Positions 49,923 to 60,217 are shown, counted from the stretch's first letter. The stretch: 64,000 nt of DNA from Candidatus Omnitrophota bacterium (GCA_021108075.1 JAIORP010000030.1:133-64132), one strand, 5' to 3'. Numbers and translations are program-made. The notes: generated by a model from the letters alone, not told the origin.

Positions 49923-51440
49923 ATGATCTATCCAACAAAAAAAGAATTTTTGGCACTAACAAAGAAAGGTAATTTGATCCCGGTTTACAAAGAGATCCTC
50001 GGTGATCTTGAAACACCGGTTTCGGCTTATTACAAGTTGGCGGCGAAAACAAAATTTTCTTTCCTATTAGAGTCGGTTGAAGGGGAGGAGAAAATCGCGC
50101 GGTATTCTTTTTTAGCCAGTGAGCCTGAACTGGTTCTGAAGACCAAAGGTCTGCAGGCGAGCATTCTCCGCCGGAAAGGCCGGAAGTTTACAAAAGAGAA
50201 TATTTCGTTTAACAATAATCCGTTAAATCTCATTCGGGATATCATGAGTCAATATCAATTTGTTCCGGTTAAAGGTCTTCCGCGCTTTTGCGGCGGGATG
50301 GTAGGATTTATGAGCTATGATACCGTTCGTTTTTTTGAGCGGTTACCACAGAAGACTGAGGATGATTTGAAGCTGCCGGACAATTTGTTTATCTTGGCAA
50401 AGAATATTCTTATTTTTGATCATTTGTCGCATAAGATTAAGATTGTGAAGTGTGTGGATATTCCCGGAAACAGTACTCGAGCGGACAAAATGAAAATTTA
50501 TGATCAAGCGCAGGCCTATTTCAATGATATGCGGTTGATATTAAAAAAACCTTTGAGGATGAATAAGCGTGATAAAAAAGTGACAGATAAGAAAAAAATA
50601 TCTTTGCGGGTCACTTCAAATTTTGACGAGAAAGAATTTAAGCATATTGTTCAGAAGGCGAAGAAAGAAATTCGTGCCGGTGAGATTATTCAGGTTGTTC
50701 TTTCGCAACGTTTCGAAGTTTCCTTGCACACGGACCCTTTTAATATTTATCGAATGCTGCGGGCCTTGAACCCGTCTCCGTACATGTACTATTTGAATTA
50801 CGATGACATTCAAATTATCGGATCTTCTCCGGAATTGCTTGTCCGTTGTGAAAACGGTATTGTCGAAACCCGCCCCATTGCAGGCACCCGTCCGCGCGGG
50901 CGTGATGACAAACATGACCAGGAATTGGCTGAGGATTTATTGCAGGACCCCAAAGAGCGTGCGGAACACATTATGCTCGTTGATTTAGGCCGAAATGACC
51001 TCGGTCGCGTTTCAGAGGCGGGCAGTGTCAAACTCACTGAATTTATGAAAATCGAGAAATATTCCCACGTCATGCACATCGTTTCCAATGTCCAGGGTCA
51101 CTTGAAGAAATCCTATGATGATTTTGATGTGCTCCAGTCCGCATTCCCGGCGGGGACCGTATCAGGGGCTCCTAAAATTCGTGCGATGGAGATCATTGAC
51201 GATCTCGAAAAAACGGCACGCGGCCCTTATGCTGGATGTATCGGTTATTTTAGTTTTTCCGGTAATCTGGATACCTGTATTACGATTCGAACGATCGTCG
51301 CGCATAAAGGTAAGGCTTATGTGCAAGCTGGCGCAGGGATAGTGGCTGATTCTAAACCCCAGAAGGAATACCAGGAGACAGTCAGTAAGGCCAAATCGCA
51401 AATTCTTGCGATTGAAATGGCCCATAGAACGGATTATTAA
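49923..51440 (+). CDS. trpE: Anthranilate synthase component I
   Basis: FLLESVEG, NPSPYM, PIAGTR, EHIMLVDLGRND, GTVSGAPK. Confidence 0.93.
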   Translation: MIYPTKKEFLALTKKGNLIPVYKEILGDLETPVSAYYKLAAKTKFSFLLESVEGEEKIARYSFLASEPELVLKTKGLQASILRRKGRKFTKENISFNNNPLNLIRDIMSQYQFVPVKGLPRFCGGMVGFMSYDTVRFFERLPQKTEDDLKLPDNLFILAKNILIFDHLSHKIKIVKCVDIPGNSTRADKMKIYDQAQAYFNDMRLILKKPLRMNKRDKKVTDKKKISLRVTSNFDEKEFKHIVQKAKKEIRAGEIIQVVLSQRFEVSLHTDPFNIYRMLRALNPSPYMYYLNYDDIQIIGSSPELLVRCENGIVETRPIAGTRPRGRDDKHDQELAEDLLQDPKERAEHIMLVDLGRNDLGRVSEAGSVKLTEFMKIEKYSHVMHIVSNVQGHLKKSYDDFDVLQSAFPAGTVSGAPKIRAMEIIDDLEKTARGPYAGCIGYFSFSGNLDTCITIRTIVAHKGKAYVQAGAGIVADSKPQKEYQETVSKAKSQILAIEMAHRTDY

Positions 51441-51599
51441 ACTTTTGATGAAAATACGCTGACAGGTTTGGTTATAACTGTCTGTGATAGATCGTTTTTT
51501 GATCAAAATATATTTTTCTTGCATTATCATGCTTATTGATATAAACTTCTACATTATTGTTAATATATTAATATGGTTAGAGTTAAGGAGAACGATTTA

Positions 51600-51872
51600 A
51601 TGGAAGTAAGATTACGGTTACAAAAATCAGGAAAGCCTGCCAAGGGAAGATACAATTATCGAGTCGTTGCGATCGCTCGTTCGAAGGGGCGCGATGCTCG
51701 TCATTTGGAAATTCTGGGGCATTATGATCCAGCAAAAGAACCGGCTAATTTATTTATCAATCTTGAAAAAGCGGATAAATGGATTCAGAGCGGGGCTCAA
51801 ATGAGCGATACCGTTAAAAGTCTTGTTAACCAAGAACGTGATAGACAAGCATCTGAAGCGGTACAATCATAA
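51600..51872 (+). CDS. rpsP: 30S ribosomal protein S16
   Basis: VRLRL, YRVV, E.LGHYDP, W...GAQMSDTV; AAGGAG RBS. Confidence 0.95.
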   Translation: MEVRLRLQKSGKPAKGRYNYRVVAIARSKGRDARHLEILGHYDPAKEPANLFINLEKADKWIQSGAQMSDTVKSLVNQERDRQASEAVQS

Positions 51873-51989
51873 GATATAAAAAATGCTTAGTGCTATAGCT
51901 CGAGGATTAGTCATCTTGAAGGATTACATCTATAGTTTTAAGCATTATTTTATGTATATCCTATAAACCTCAATGAAAGGATATTTTAT

Positions 51990-52292
51990 ATGCCTACGGA
52001 ACAAGCTGCAAATTCAGTGTTTTTTTCTAACCTGATTCCCATGCTCCTCGTTTGTCTTGTTTTTTATTTTGTGCTGATTAAACCAGAAAAGCAGAAGAAA
52101 AAAGACAAAGAGTCGATGCGGGATTCTATAAAGAAATCAGATAAAATAGTGACAGCCGGTGGGATTCATGGAACAGTTGTGATGGTTAAAGACAAGACTG
52201 TCATATTGCGATTAGATGATAATGTGCGCGTTGAATTTGATAAGGAAGCTATATCGACAATCACGAAAGCGAAAAATAAAACGGAAAGTTAA
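51990..52292 (+). CDS. yajC: Preprotein translocase subunit YajC
   Basis: FYFVLIKP, D.IVTAGGIHGTV; precedes secDF. Confidence 0.95.
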   Translation: MPTEQAANSVFFSNLIPMLLVCLVFYFVLIKPEKQKKKDKESMRDSIKKSDKIVTAGGIHGTVVMVKDKTVILRLDDNVRVEFDKEAISTITKAKNKTES

Positions 52293-52315
52293 AAATATAT
52301 ATTTGTGGGGGGCTC

Positions 52316-54520
52316 ATGAATAAAAAACTTCGTAATAAAGTGTTAATTATCATAGGTGTTATTATTGGCTCGCTCCTGCTCACCTTTCCTCCTGAGAAAC
52401 ATATTAATTTAGGGCTTGATTTAAAGGGCGGGATGCATCTTGTCCTCAGGGTTGAACTGGAGAAACTTGATGCTAATGCTAAGAAAGATGCGGTTGACAG
52501 GGCCATCGAAATCCTGCGCAATCGAATCGATGAATTGGGGGGGCGGGAAGTTGTTATTCAAAAACAGGGCGTATCAAAAATACTCGTCCAAATTCCAGGT
52601 GTTGTTGACAGGCAGGAAGCACAGAAATTAATTGTTGGTGTGGCCCAATTGAATTTTCATCTTGTGCATGATGATAACAAAATGTTGGAACAAGCCTTGA
52701 ACAATGAAGCGATTCCTGAAGGATTTATTTTCAAACGGCTCGAGAAAGAAGATGATGAGGCCTTGATTCTGGAGGCGACGCCAGCCATGACAGGTGAAAA
52801 TGTCACCGATGCCCGTGTCGATTTCAATTCTTCCGGTTTTAATGAACCGCAGATTTCCCTTCAGTTTAACTCTAAGGGGGCGAAAGAATTTGCCAAGGTG
52901 ACTCGAGACAATGTCAACCGCCGTTTAGCGATTGTTTTGGACGATACCGTTTTATCCGCTCCGAATATTAAAGAAGCCATCCTGGGTGGCCGCGGACAAA
53001 TCACGGGCCGTTTTAGTTTTGAAGAAGCAAATCTGCTCGCCTTATCTTTGCGTTCGGGTGCTCTTCCAGCGCCGATGAAGATTGAAGAAGAACGGACAGT
53101 CGGACCATTGTTAGGAAAAGATTCGATTGATGCGGGTATTCGCGCAACCATTATTGCCGGTATTTTAGTTTTTATTTTCATGCTTGTTTATTACCGGAAA
53201 GCAGGGGTTATCTCCGATTTGGCATTGGCCATCAATTTGCTGCTGATCTTTGGAGTCATGGGCTTTTTTAACGCGATGATGCCTGACTCTCAACTCACAT
53301 TAACCCTGCCGGGTATTGCCGGTATTATCTTGACGTTAGGTATGGCCGTCGACGCCAATATTCTGATCAATGAACGCATTCGAGAGGAATTAAATTCCGG
53401 CCGGCCGTTGCAAACAGCGGTTAGCAATGGATTCAGCAAAGCGTTGAAGGCGATCGTCGATTCGAATACGACAACTCTTATTGCCGCGTTGATGCTGTTT
53501 ATTTTTGGTTCAGGCCCGATCAAAGGTTTCGCGGTAACACTCTCCATCGGTTTGGCCGCCAGTTTGTTTACAGCTTTGTTTGTAACAAGGACATTGTTTG
53601 AGGTGTTGATCAGTAACAAAATGCTGAAAACTCTGCCCATGAGGAGCTTCTTTGATAAATCCAATATAAATTTTATTTCCAAACGCTGGGTTTGTTTTGT
53701 CCTGTCTTTGATCCTGGTTGGTGCTAGTGTCTTTGTTTTTTTACAAAAAAAATCGGATGCTTATGGTATCGATTTTGCTGGTGGTCAGATTCAGGAATAT
53801 CGTTTTAATAAGGAAATTCCCGTGGACAGTATTCGCCAAACTTTAAAGTCTGTTGGATTAGACGAGGTTGTTATTCAGCAATTCAAAGAAAGTCCTGAGA
53901 GTGTTATGATCCGCTCTGCAGATGAAACCGATAAAATCGTCGTTGAAGCCTTTAAGAAATCGTATCCGGAAAATCCTTTTGATGTATTAAGGGTTGAACT
54001 CGTTGGTCCTGTCGTGGGTAAGGATTTAAGGAATAAGGCTTTAGCATCAATCATTTGTGCTGTCGGGGCCATTCTTCTTTATGTTGGATTTCGTTTTAAG
54101 CACTTCGATTTTGGAACGGCGGGTGTTATCGCCTTGTTGCACGACGTTATTGTCACGACGGGAATTATTGTCTTTATGGGTCGGCAAATTGATCTGCTTG
54201 TTGTAACCGCTATGTTGACGATCGCTGGTTACTCGATTAATGATACGATCATCATTTATGATCGTGTTCGCGAGAACATGGTCAATCACCAAAAGAAAAG
54301 GTTAGCGGACATTATTAATATCAGCATTAATCAAACATTAAGCCGGACGCTTTTAACAACATTAACGACCTTTATCGTAGTGGTAACTTTGTTTATTAAA
54401 GGTGGCGAGGTTCTCAATACATTCGCATTATGTTTGATGGTCGGTGTCTTAGCCGGTACCTATTCGACTATTTTTATCGCGTGTCCTCTGGCTTTGGTCT
54501 GGGATAAAAAGAAAAAGTAG
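52316..54520 (+). CDS. secDF: Fused protein translocase subunit SecDF
   Basis: LGLDLKGG, GMAVDAN.LINERI (SecD) and GIDFAGG, GYSINDT..YDRVRE (SecF) in one ORF. Confidence 0.96.
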   Translation: MNKKLRNKVLIIIGVIIGSLLLTFPPEKHINLGLDLKGGMHLVLRVELEKLDANAKKDAVDRAIEILRNRIDELGGREVVIQKQGVSKILVQIPGVVDRQEAQKLIVGVAQLNFHLVHDDNKMLEQALNNEAIPEGFIFKRLEKEDDEALILEATPAMTGENVTDARVDFNSSGFNEPQISLQFNSKGAKEFAKVTRDNVNRRLAIVLDDTVLSAPNIKEAILGGRGQITGRFSFEEANLLALSLRSGALPAPMKIEEERTVGPLLGKDSIDAGIRATIIAGILVFIFMLVYYRKAGVISDLALAINLLLIFGVMGFFNAMMPDSQLTLTLPGIAGIILTLGMAVDANILINERIREELNSGRPLQTAVSNGFSKALKAIVDSNTTTLIAALMLFIFGSGPIKGFAVTLSIGLAASLFTALFVTRTLFEVLISNKMLKTLPMRSFFDKSNINFISKRWVCFVLSLILVGASVFVFLQKKSDAYGIDFAGGQIQEYRFNKEIPVDSIRQTLKSVGLDEVVIQQFKESPESVMIRSADETDKIVVEAFKKSYPENPFDVLRVELVGPVVGKDLRNKALASIICAVGAILLYVGFRFKHFDFGTAGVIALLHDVIVTTGIIVFMGRQIDLLVVTAMLTIAGYSINDTIIIYDRVRENMVNHQKKRLADIINISINQTLSRTLLTTLTTFIVVVTLFIKGGEVLNTFALCLMVGVLAGTYSTIFIACPLALVWDKKKK

Positions 54521-54654
54521 TTTGCTGAATATTATGAATGATATAGAGTTGCAGCATCCCTTTTGGCGGAAACGGATTAACGATGATTTTGTTTTCGCAA
54601 TAACATATAGTAACGATATATGATGAAATCACCATAAGACCAGGGCCTGGGACT

Positions 54655-56625
54655 ATGGTGATTTTGTTTATAGGGAGAATGGCAGTGGATTCAGTTTTTC
54701 ATTCCATGGAACTATTTGTTGGTCAGGATATTGATCTTGAAATTGTTGTTCAACGGTTGGCAGCGTTTCAATATGTGCGGGATAAGAAGGCCCTTGCCGA
54801 GGGAACGTTTAGCGTCCGCGGCGGCATTCTCGATGTTTATCCGATTAATTTTGAAGGGCCGATTCGGATTGATTTTGATGATGATCAAATTATGCGGATT
54901 GCCTCGGTCAATATGAAGACCGGTAAATCTATCTGGCAACATAAGATTGTTATTGTTCTGCCGAAGAAACAAGATGGCCGACAAATATTCTCAGCCGATA
55001 TTCCTTTGAACAATTTTGTGGACATTCAAAAAGGTGATTATGTCGTTCACAACCATCATGGCATTGGTAAATTTCTTGGTATTAAAAGCATTGAGGTTGG
55101 AGAACAGAAAAAGAAACATCTGGTTATCGAATATGATGGGGGTGACCGCTTATATGTTCCGCAACATGATATGCGCATGATCCAGAAATATGTAAGTTTT
55201 AATAAAAAACCACCGCGAATTTATCGACTTGGCAGTAAGGAATGGAAACGTGTTCGGGCTTTAATTCAAAAAAAGATTCAGCGTTTGGCTGCTGAATTAT
55301 TACATACCCAGGCCTTAAGGGCCTCATTGCAGGGATACCGTTTTGATTCTGACTCCCCGTGGCAAAAAGACATGGAGGAAAAGTTTCCTTATGAAGAAAC
55401 GCCTGACCAGGTTATCGCGACAGAAGCCGTGAAGAAGGATATGGAAGAGGGCCAACCCATGGACCGTTTGTTGTGCGGTGATGTTGGTTATGGGAAGACA
55501 GAGGTCGCTTTGCGGGCCGCCTTTAAGGCGGTTATGAGTGGAAAGCAGGTCGCCATCTTGGTGCCGACGACAATTTTAGCGGAACAACACTTTATTAACT
55601 TTTCAAACCGTATGCGGGATTTTCCTGTGAATGTGTCAATGTTAAGCCGATTTCGAACAAAGTCGGAACAAACCAAAATCATTGAAGAGGTACATAAGGG
55701 GGCCGTGGATATTATTATCGGCACACACCGGTTGTTATCCGGTGATATTGGTTTTAAGGATTTAGGTTTAATCATCATAGACGAGGAGCAGCGTTTCGGA
55801 GTTAAATCGAAAGAGCGTCTTAAGCGTTACCGTTTACTCGCCGATGTCTTAACCTTAACCGCTACGCCGATTCCTCGTACATTGCATATGGCATTGACGG
55901 GCGCGCGGGATATGTCTGTGATATCCACACCTCCGCAAAATAGGTTGCCTGTTAAAACAGAAGTGATCAGTTTCGATGAAGATATCGTCCGTAAGGCTCT
56001 TCATCGGGAATTAAGGCGGAAAGGCCAAGTGTTTTTCTTGCATAATCGCATTGAAGATATTGAACAAATTGGTACAATAATAAATAAGTTGGTCAGTAAG
56101 GCCAGAGTGGCCGTTGCTCATGGCCAAATGTCTGGTCGCTTGCTAGAAGATATCATGTTGAAATTTTTGAACAAAGATATTGATGTCCTTGTATGCACGA
56201 CGATTATCGAATCAGGAATTGATATACCGAACGCGAATACGATCATCGTTAACCGGGCCGATTTATTTGGCTTAGCAGACCTGCATCAGTTGCGTGGACG
56301 TGTCGGCCGAGAAAACAAAAGAGCTTACGCTTATTTTGTTGTTCCAGACCGAAGAACCATATCCGCCCTCGCGCAAGCAAGGATAGATGCCATTGAGAAA
56401 TATTGCGGTCTGGGTGCGGGTTTTCATATCGCTTTTGAAGATTTGCAGATTCGCGGTGCAGGAAATTTATTAGGAAAAGAACAACATGGTTTTATCACCA
56501 CGATCGGGTTTGATCTTTATTGCCGTATGTTGAAAGAATCTGTGGAAAATTTAAAAAAGACAGGGTTTGAGCAATATTTAAAAGAGAAAGTTAAGGTTGA
56601 GCAGAAGGAGGAATTAGTTCGATGA
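54655..56625 (+). CDS. mfd: Transcription-repair coupling factor, compact form
   Basis: FSVRGGILDVYP (D2), GDYVVH..HGIG (RID), MDRLLCGDVGYGKTEV, DEEQRFG, QLRGRVGR, IRGAGNLLG.EQHG (TRG); true start may be 54679 or 54685. Confidence 0.92.
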   Translation: MVILFIGRMAVDSVFHSMELFVGQDIDLEIVVQRLAAFQYVRDKKALAEGTFSVRGGILDVYPINFEGPIRIDFDDDQIMRIASVNMKTGKSIWQHKIVIVLPKKQDGRQIFSADIPLNNFVDIQKGDYVVHNHHGIGKFLGIKSIEVGEQKKKHLVIEYDGGDRLYVPQHDMRMIQKYVSFNKKPPRIYRLGSKEWKRVRALIQKKIQRLAAELLHTQALRASLQGYRFDSDSPWQKDMEEKFPYEETPDQVIATEAVKKDMEEGQPMDRLLCGDVGYGKTEVALRAAFKAVMSGKQVAILVPTTILAEQHFINFSNRMRDFPVNVSMLSRFRTKSEQTKIIEEVHKGAVDIIIGTHRLLSGDIGFKDLGLIIIDEEQRFGVKSKERLKRYRLLADVLTLTATPIPRTLHMALTGARDMSVISTPPQNRLPVKTEVISFDEDIVRKALHRELRRKGQVFFLHNRIEDIEQIGTIINKLVSKARVAVAHGQMSGRLLEDIMLKFLNKDIDVLVCTTIIESGIDIPNANTIIVNRADLFGLADLHQLRGRVGRENKRAYAYFVVPDRRTISALAQARIDAIEKYCGLGAGFHIAFEDLQIRGAGNLLGKEQHGFITTIGFDLYCRMLKESVENLKKTGFEQYLKEKVKVEQKEELVR

Positions 56626-57566
56626 AAATAGTTTGCCGAATGATTCACGTGATGATGTTATTATCATTTTTGTGCGTTGCCGTGCCATCCAGTTGGGCTG
56701 TCGTTGACGCAATCATTGCTATTGTTAATGACGAGTTGATCACCCTTAAGGACCTAAAAGATTATTTGCGCAATACATTTGTCAGTCTTAATGCCGAAGG
56801 AATGCCGGAGAGAAAAATTAGAGCCATTATGGCCGATTTAGAAAAGGATGGTATCCGAAGTTTAATTGAAGATAAATTGATTTTAAGCCGTGCCAATGAA
56901 ATGGGTCTGGAGGTCAGTGAAAAAGCCATTGCAGGCCGGTTAGCCAAAATCAAAGAGAAGTATCCGTCGGAAGAAGAATTCCTAAAAGGTTTAATTGATA
57001 ATGGTGCAAGTGTAACGGATTTGCGCAACAAGATCACCGAGCAGTTGAAAATTAAGTATGTCGTCGAGCATGAGGTCCGTTCAAAAATTTATGTGAATCC
57101 CCAAGAGGTGACCAATTATTATGAGCAAAATAGGCAACAGTTTAAACGCAAAGAACGGATCAATTTGGATTCCATTTTTATCAGCCTCGTAGAAGGCAAA
57201 AAGCGTGCGAGAGAGAAGGCCCAACAGGCTTATGATTTGATTGAGAGCGGAAAAGATTTTTTGGAAGTTGCCCGGGTTTATTCAGACGCCCCTTCAATTG
57301 GAGTCATTGAAAAAGGTCAATTGATTCTTGAGATTGAACGGGTCATTTTTGGTTTGAAAGACAGTCAGCTCTCTGAAATTATTGAGGTTGATGCCGGTTT
57401 TTATATTCTAAAGCTCAGAGGCCGTATCGCATCTCAAATTGCGGGTCTGTTGGAAGTCAAAAAAGAAATTTACGATTACATCTATGAAGAGAAATTTAAG
57501 AGAAATCTCACCCGATGGCTAGCCCAGTTGAAAGCAGAGGCTTTTATTGATATAAAGGAACAGTAG
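56622..57566 (+). CDS. SurA-like peptidyl-prolyl isomerase/chaperone
   Basis: Signal peptide, VD.IIAIVNDELIT, parvulin-like domain; surA-pdxA-rsmA synteny. Confidence 0.88.
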   Translation: MKIVCRMIHVMMLLSFLCVAVPSSWAVVDAIIAIVNDELITLKDLKDYLRNTFVSLNAEGMPERKIRAIMADLEKDGIRSLIEDKLILSRANEMGLEVSEKAIAGRLAKIKEKYPSEEEFLKGLIDNGASVTDLRNKITEQLKIKYVVEHEVRSKIYVNPQEVTNYYEQNRQQFKRKERINLDSIFISLVEGKKRAREKAQQAYDLIESGKDFLEVARVYSDAPSIGVIEKGQLILEIERVIFGLKDSQLSEIIEVDAGFYILKLRGRIASQIAGLLEVKKEIYDYIYEEKFKRNLTRWLAQLKAEAFIDIKEQ

Positions 57567-57571
57567 GGTTT

Positions 57572-58540
57572 ATGATGCAGCGCATCCGTGTAGGGATAAC
57601 GATGGGGGATCCGGCCGGAATCGGTCCTGAGGTCATTTCCAAATCACTTGCTCACGATGATATCCGCGAACAAGCGGATTATATTATTGTCGGTGATCGG
57701 CGTTTTTATCATAAGCATGCGTCCTCGATTGATCCTTCTGTGCAATTTGTCGACATGGCGAATGTTCCCGCGGGTATTCGAACGGGCATGGTTAGTCGAG
57801 AAGCGGGTCTCGCTTCATATCAATATCTTGAAAGAGCCGTTCGTTTGATAAAGGATGGTGACATCCAGGCGCTTGTCACAGCACCTGTTTGTAAGGAGGC
57901 CATTTCTTTAAATCAAATTCCATTTCAAGGCCATACAGAATTCCTCGCGCAATCGTTTAACGCCAACAACATCGGCATGCTTTTCGTCGCGGGAGAAATG
58001 AGAACAATTATCGTGACACGTCACCTGCCTTTATGTGAAGTGCCTCGAGCCATCACGACGGAAAGTGTTTATCAAACTATTCAGATAACAAATCAGGGCT
58101 TAAAGTGTTTGTTTAATATTGAAAAACCTGTGATCGGTGTGTGTGGATTAAACCCGCATGCCGGTGAAGGGGGTCGACTGGGTGATGATGAAAGGAATAC
58201 GATTATTCCTGCTATTGAACAATCCTTAAAAAATGGTCTCGATGTCCACGGGCCGTTCGCTTCAGATACATTGTTTCAACCTTCCTGGGAAAAACGCTAC
58301 GATGCTATTGTCGCCATGTATCATGATCAAGGATTAATTCCCATAAAGACATTGTCCATGCATCGTCTGGTTAATTTGACCCTTGGTTTGCCTTTTATCC
58401 GCACGTCTCCCGCTCATGGGACAGCCTTCGATATCGCCGGCCAGAACAGAGCTCATTCTGATTCGATGGTGGAGTCGCTTAAACTTGCGGTCCAACTAAC
58501 ACAACTTCAACTTCCCGGTAACTCGCAGAAAGAGGGCTGA
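57572..58540 (+). CDS. pdxA: 4-hydroxythreonine-4-phosphate dehydrogenase
   Basis: ITMGDPAGIGPE, GHTE, GLNPHAGE, AMYHDQG, RTSPAHGTAFDIAG. Confidence 0.96.
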   Translation: MMQRIRVGITMGDPAGIGPEVISKSLAHDDIREQADYIIVGDRRFYHKHASSIDPSVQFVDMANVPAGIRTGMVSREAGLASYQYLERAVRLIKDGDIQALVTAPVCKEAISLNQIPFQGHTEFLAQSFNANNIGMLFVAGEMRTIIVTRHLPLCEVPRAITTESVYQTIQITNQGLKCLFNIEKPVIGVCGLNPHAGEGGRLGDDERNTIIPAIEQSLKNGLDVHGPFASDTLFQPSWEKRYDAIVAMYHDQGLIPIKTLSMHRLVNLTLGLPFIRTSPAHGTAFDIAGQNRAHSDSMVESLKLAVQLTQLQLPGNSQKEG

Positions 58541-59340
58541 TGACATTTATAGCGAAGAAATCATTAGGCCAGAATTTTTTAGTCAATTCACATTACAGAA
58601 ATAAAATACTTGAGGCCTGTTGTTTGGGTCCAGATGATATTGTTTTAGAAATAGGACCGGGACGGGGTGCTTTGACTTTTGAGTTGGCTAAAAGAGTCAA
58701 GAAGGTTATCGCTGTCGAAGTCGATGACGAGTTGTTTGCCTGGCTTTCCCAACAGCAAGCGGATTCCAATATAGAATTTATCCACCAATCGATATTGGAT
58801 TTTCCTTTAGATCGATTGCCTGAGGGAACGATTGTTGTCAGCAACCTGCCGTATAATATCGCCACCCCAATTATTGAAAGAATTTTAGCTTGCCGAAATA
58901 GGATAAAGAAATTTTATATGACTGTTCAATTAGAATATGGTCAGCGGATTGTTGCGAGCCCGGGAAGCAAGAAATACGGATCGTTCAGTTGTTTTGTTCA
59001 ATATTACGCGTCAACACGGTTTCTTTTTAAAATACCTCCAGCAGCTTTCCGTCCTGTCCCAAAAGTATACTCCTGTTTTTTATGTTTAAATATTTCTCCT
59101 TCAAAAGGTCATGCGCAAAAAGATGAAGACTTTTTGTTTCGATTGATTCGAACAGCCTTTCAGCAAAGGCGAAAAAAGTTGGCTAATGCCTTATGCGCCA
59201 TTATGTCTAAAGACGATATGGAAAAAATTTTATTGCAAACAGAGATCCCTTTAGATTTTCGGGCGGAAAGCGTTTCATTAGAACAGTATATGCAGATTGC
59301 GGTACGTGCACAGCAGGGGATGGACAGCCAAAGGGATTAG
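58540..59340 (+). CDS. rsmA: 16S rRNA adenine dimethyltransferase KsgA
   Basis: KKSLGQNFL, LEIGPG.G.LT, NLPYNI, F.P.PKV.S, FQQRRK. Confidence 0.97.
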   Translation: MTFIAKKSLGQNFLVNSHYRNKILEACCLGPDDIVLEIGPGRGALTFELAKRVKKVIAVEVDDELFAWLSQQQADSNIEFIHQSILDFPLDRLPEGTIVVSNLPYNIATPIIERILACRNRIKKFYMTVQLEYGQRIVASPGSKKYGSFSCFVQYYASTRFLFKIPPAAFRPVPKVYSCFLCLNISPSKGHAQKDEDFLFRLIRTAFQQRRKKLANALCAIMSKDDMEKILLQTEIPLDFRAESVSLEQYMQIAVRAQQGMDSQRD

Positions 59341-59346
59341 GCCGTA

Positions 59347-59811
59347 TTAATTTGTTTGATCATCCGGAACTTCGGGGGTTTTTATCTCCGTTGAAACAGA
59401 TTCTCCGATAGACGTCCATCCGTTAAACCATTTATTGACCATGTCTGATTTATTGATTTCAAACGCATGCTCGTAAATGAGATTACGATCTGGATCACTG
59501 ATATACTTGAATCTGATGCCCAACTTTTTTTCTTTACCGTTTATGCTTGTCCAAATAACTTGTCCTTTGATGTATATGGATTTCGCCGGGGCAAGCAAGA
59601 TTTTGAGCCAGAGAATGTCAGATGTGGGATTTTGGGTGTCTGTAATGACACAGGTTCCTACATAATTGAGGTCTTTTGTGAATGCGGAATAAAGCGTCGT
59701 ATCCTGGGGGAGATGGTAATGGACATGATTACGGGCCAGCCATCGGGGGAGATATCTAGCATCCGAAGGTTTTAAATTGTTAACAGTACCATTTGTTTCA
59801 GGCAGAATCAT
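59347..59811 (-). CDS. PilZ-domain protein
   Basis: RYLPR (RxxxR) and DLNYVG (variant of D/NxSxxG); G.VIW...GIRF beta-barrel pattern. Confidence 0.75.
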   Translation of the reverse strand: MILPETNGTVNNLKPSDARYLPRWLARNHVHYHLPQDTTLYSAFTKDLNYVGTCVITDTQNPTSDILWLKILLAPAKSIYIKGQVIWTSINGKEKKLGIRFKYISDPDRNLIYEHAFEINKSDMVNKWFNGWTSIGESVSTEIKTPEVPDDQTN

Positions 59812-60020
59812 TCTCCTTAATCATGCCTAATTTTATAAGCATTGTATATAAGAAATAAATCTAACTGATATTTGTTCAGATAGAATTAAATTACCATATT
59901 TAGTATGAATGTAACATGGATGAAATTAGACATCAAGTTATATTTAATTTTTTAAAATAGCTATAAAAATGTTTGTTCTTTAGTAAAAATCATTTTGGAC
60001 ACTATGATGGAGATATTTAT

Positions 60021-60157
60021 TTCCAGCGGGAATACCCCGCCTATGAATGCGGGGATGAGAGATACGCTCAGAAACGAAGTTTCCGGACAATGATTAGCGC
60101 CAATAACGCTTGTAACAGTAAGTCCAACGGGTGTGAACCCGTGGGAATCTATTTAAC
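60021..60157. mobile_element. Probable non-autonomous IS200/IS605-type remnant (two terminal hairpins, no transposase)
   Basis: GC-rich hairpins CCCCGC-CTATGAAT-GCGGGG and ACGGG-TGTGAA-CCCGT about 80 bp apart in AT-rich intergenic DNA. Confidence 0.45.
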
Positions 60158-60217
60158 AATCAGTGTGATAAGTGCTAGAAATTTTTTTCAATTAATTATT
60201 ATTTTAGGAGAAGACCT

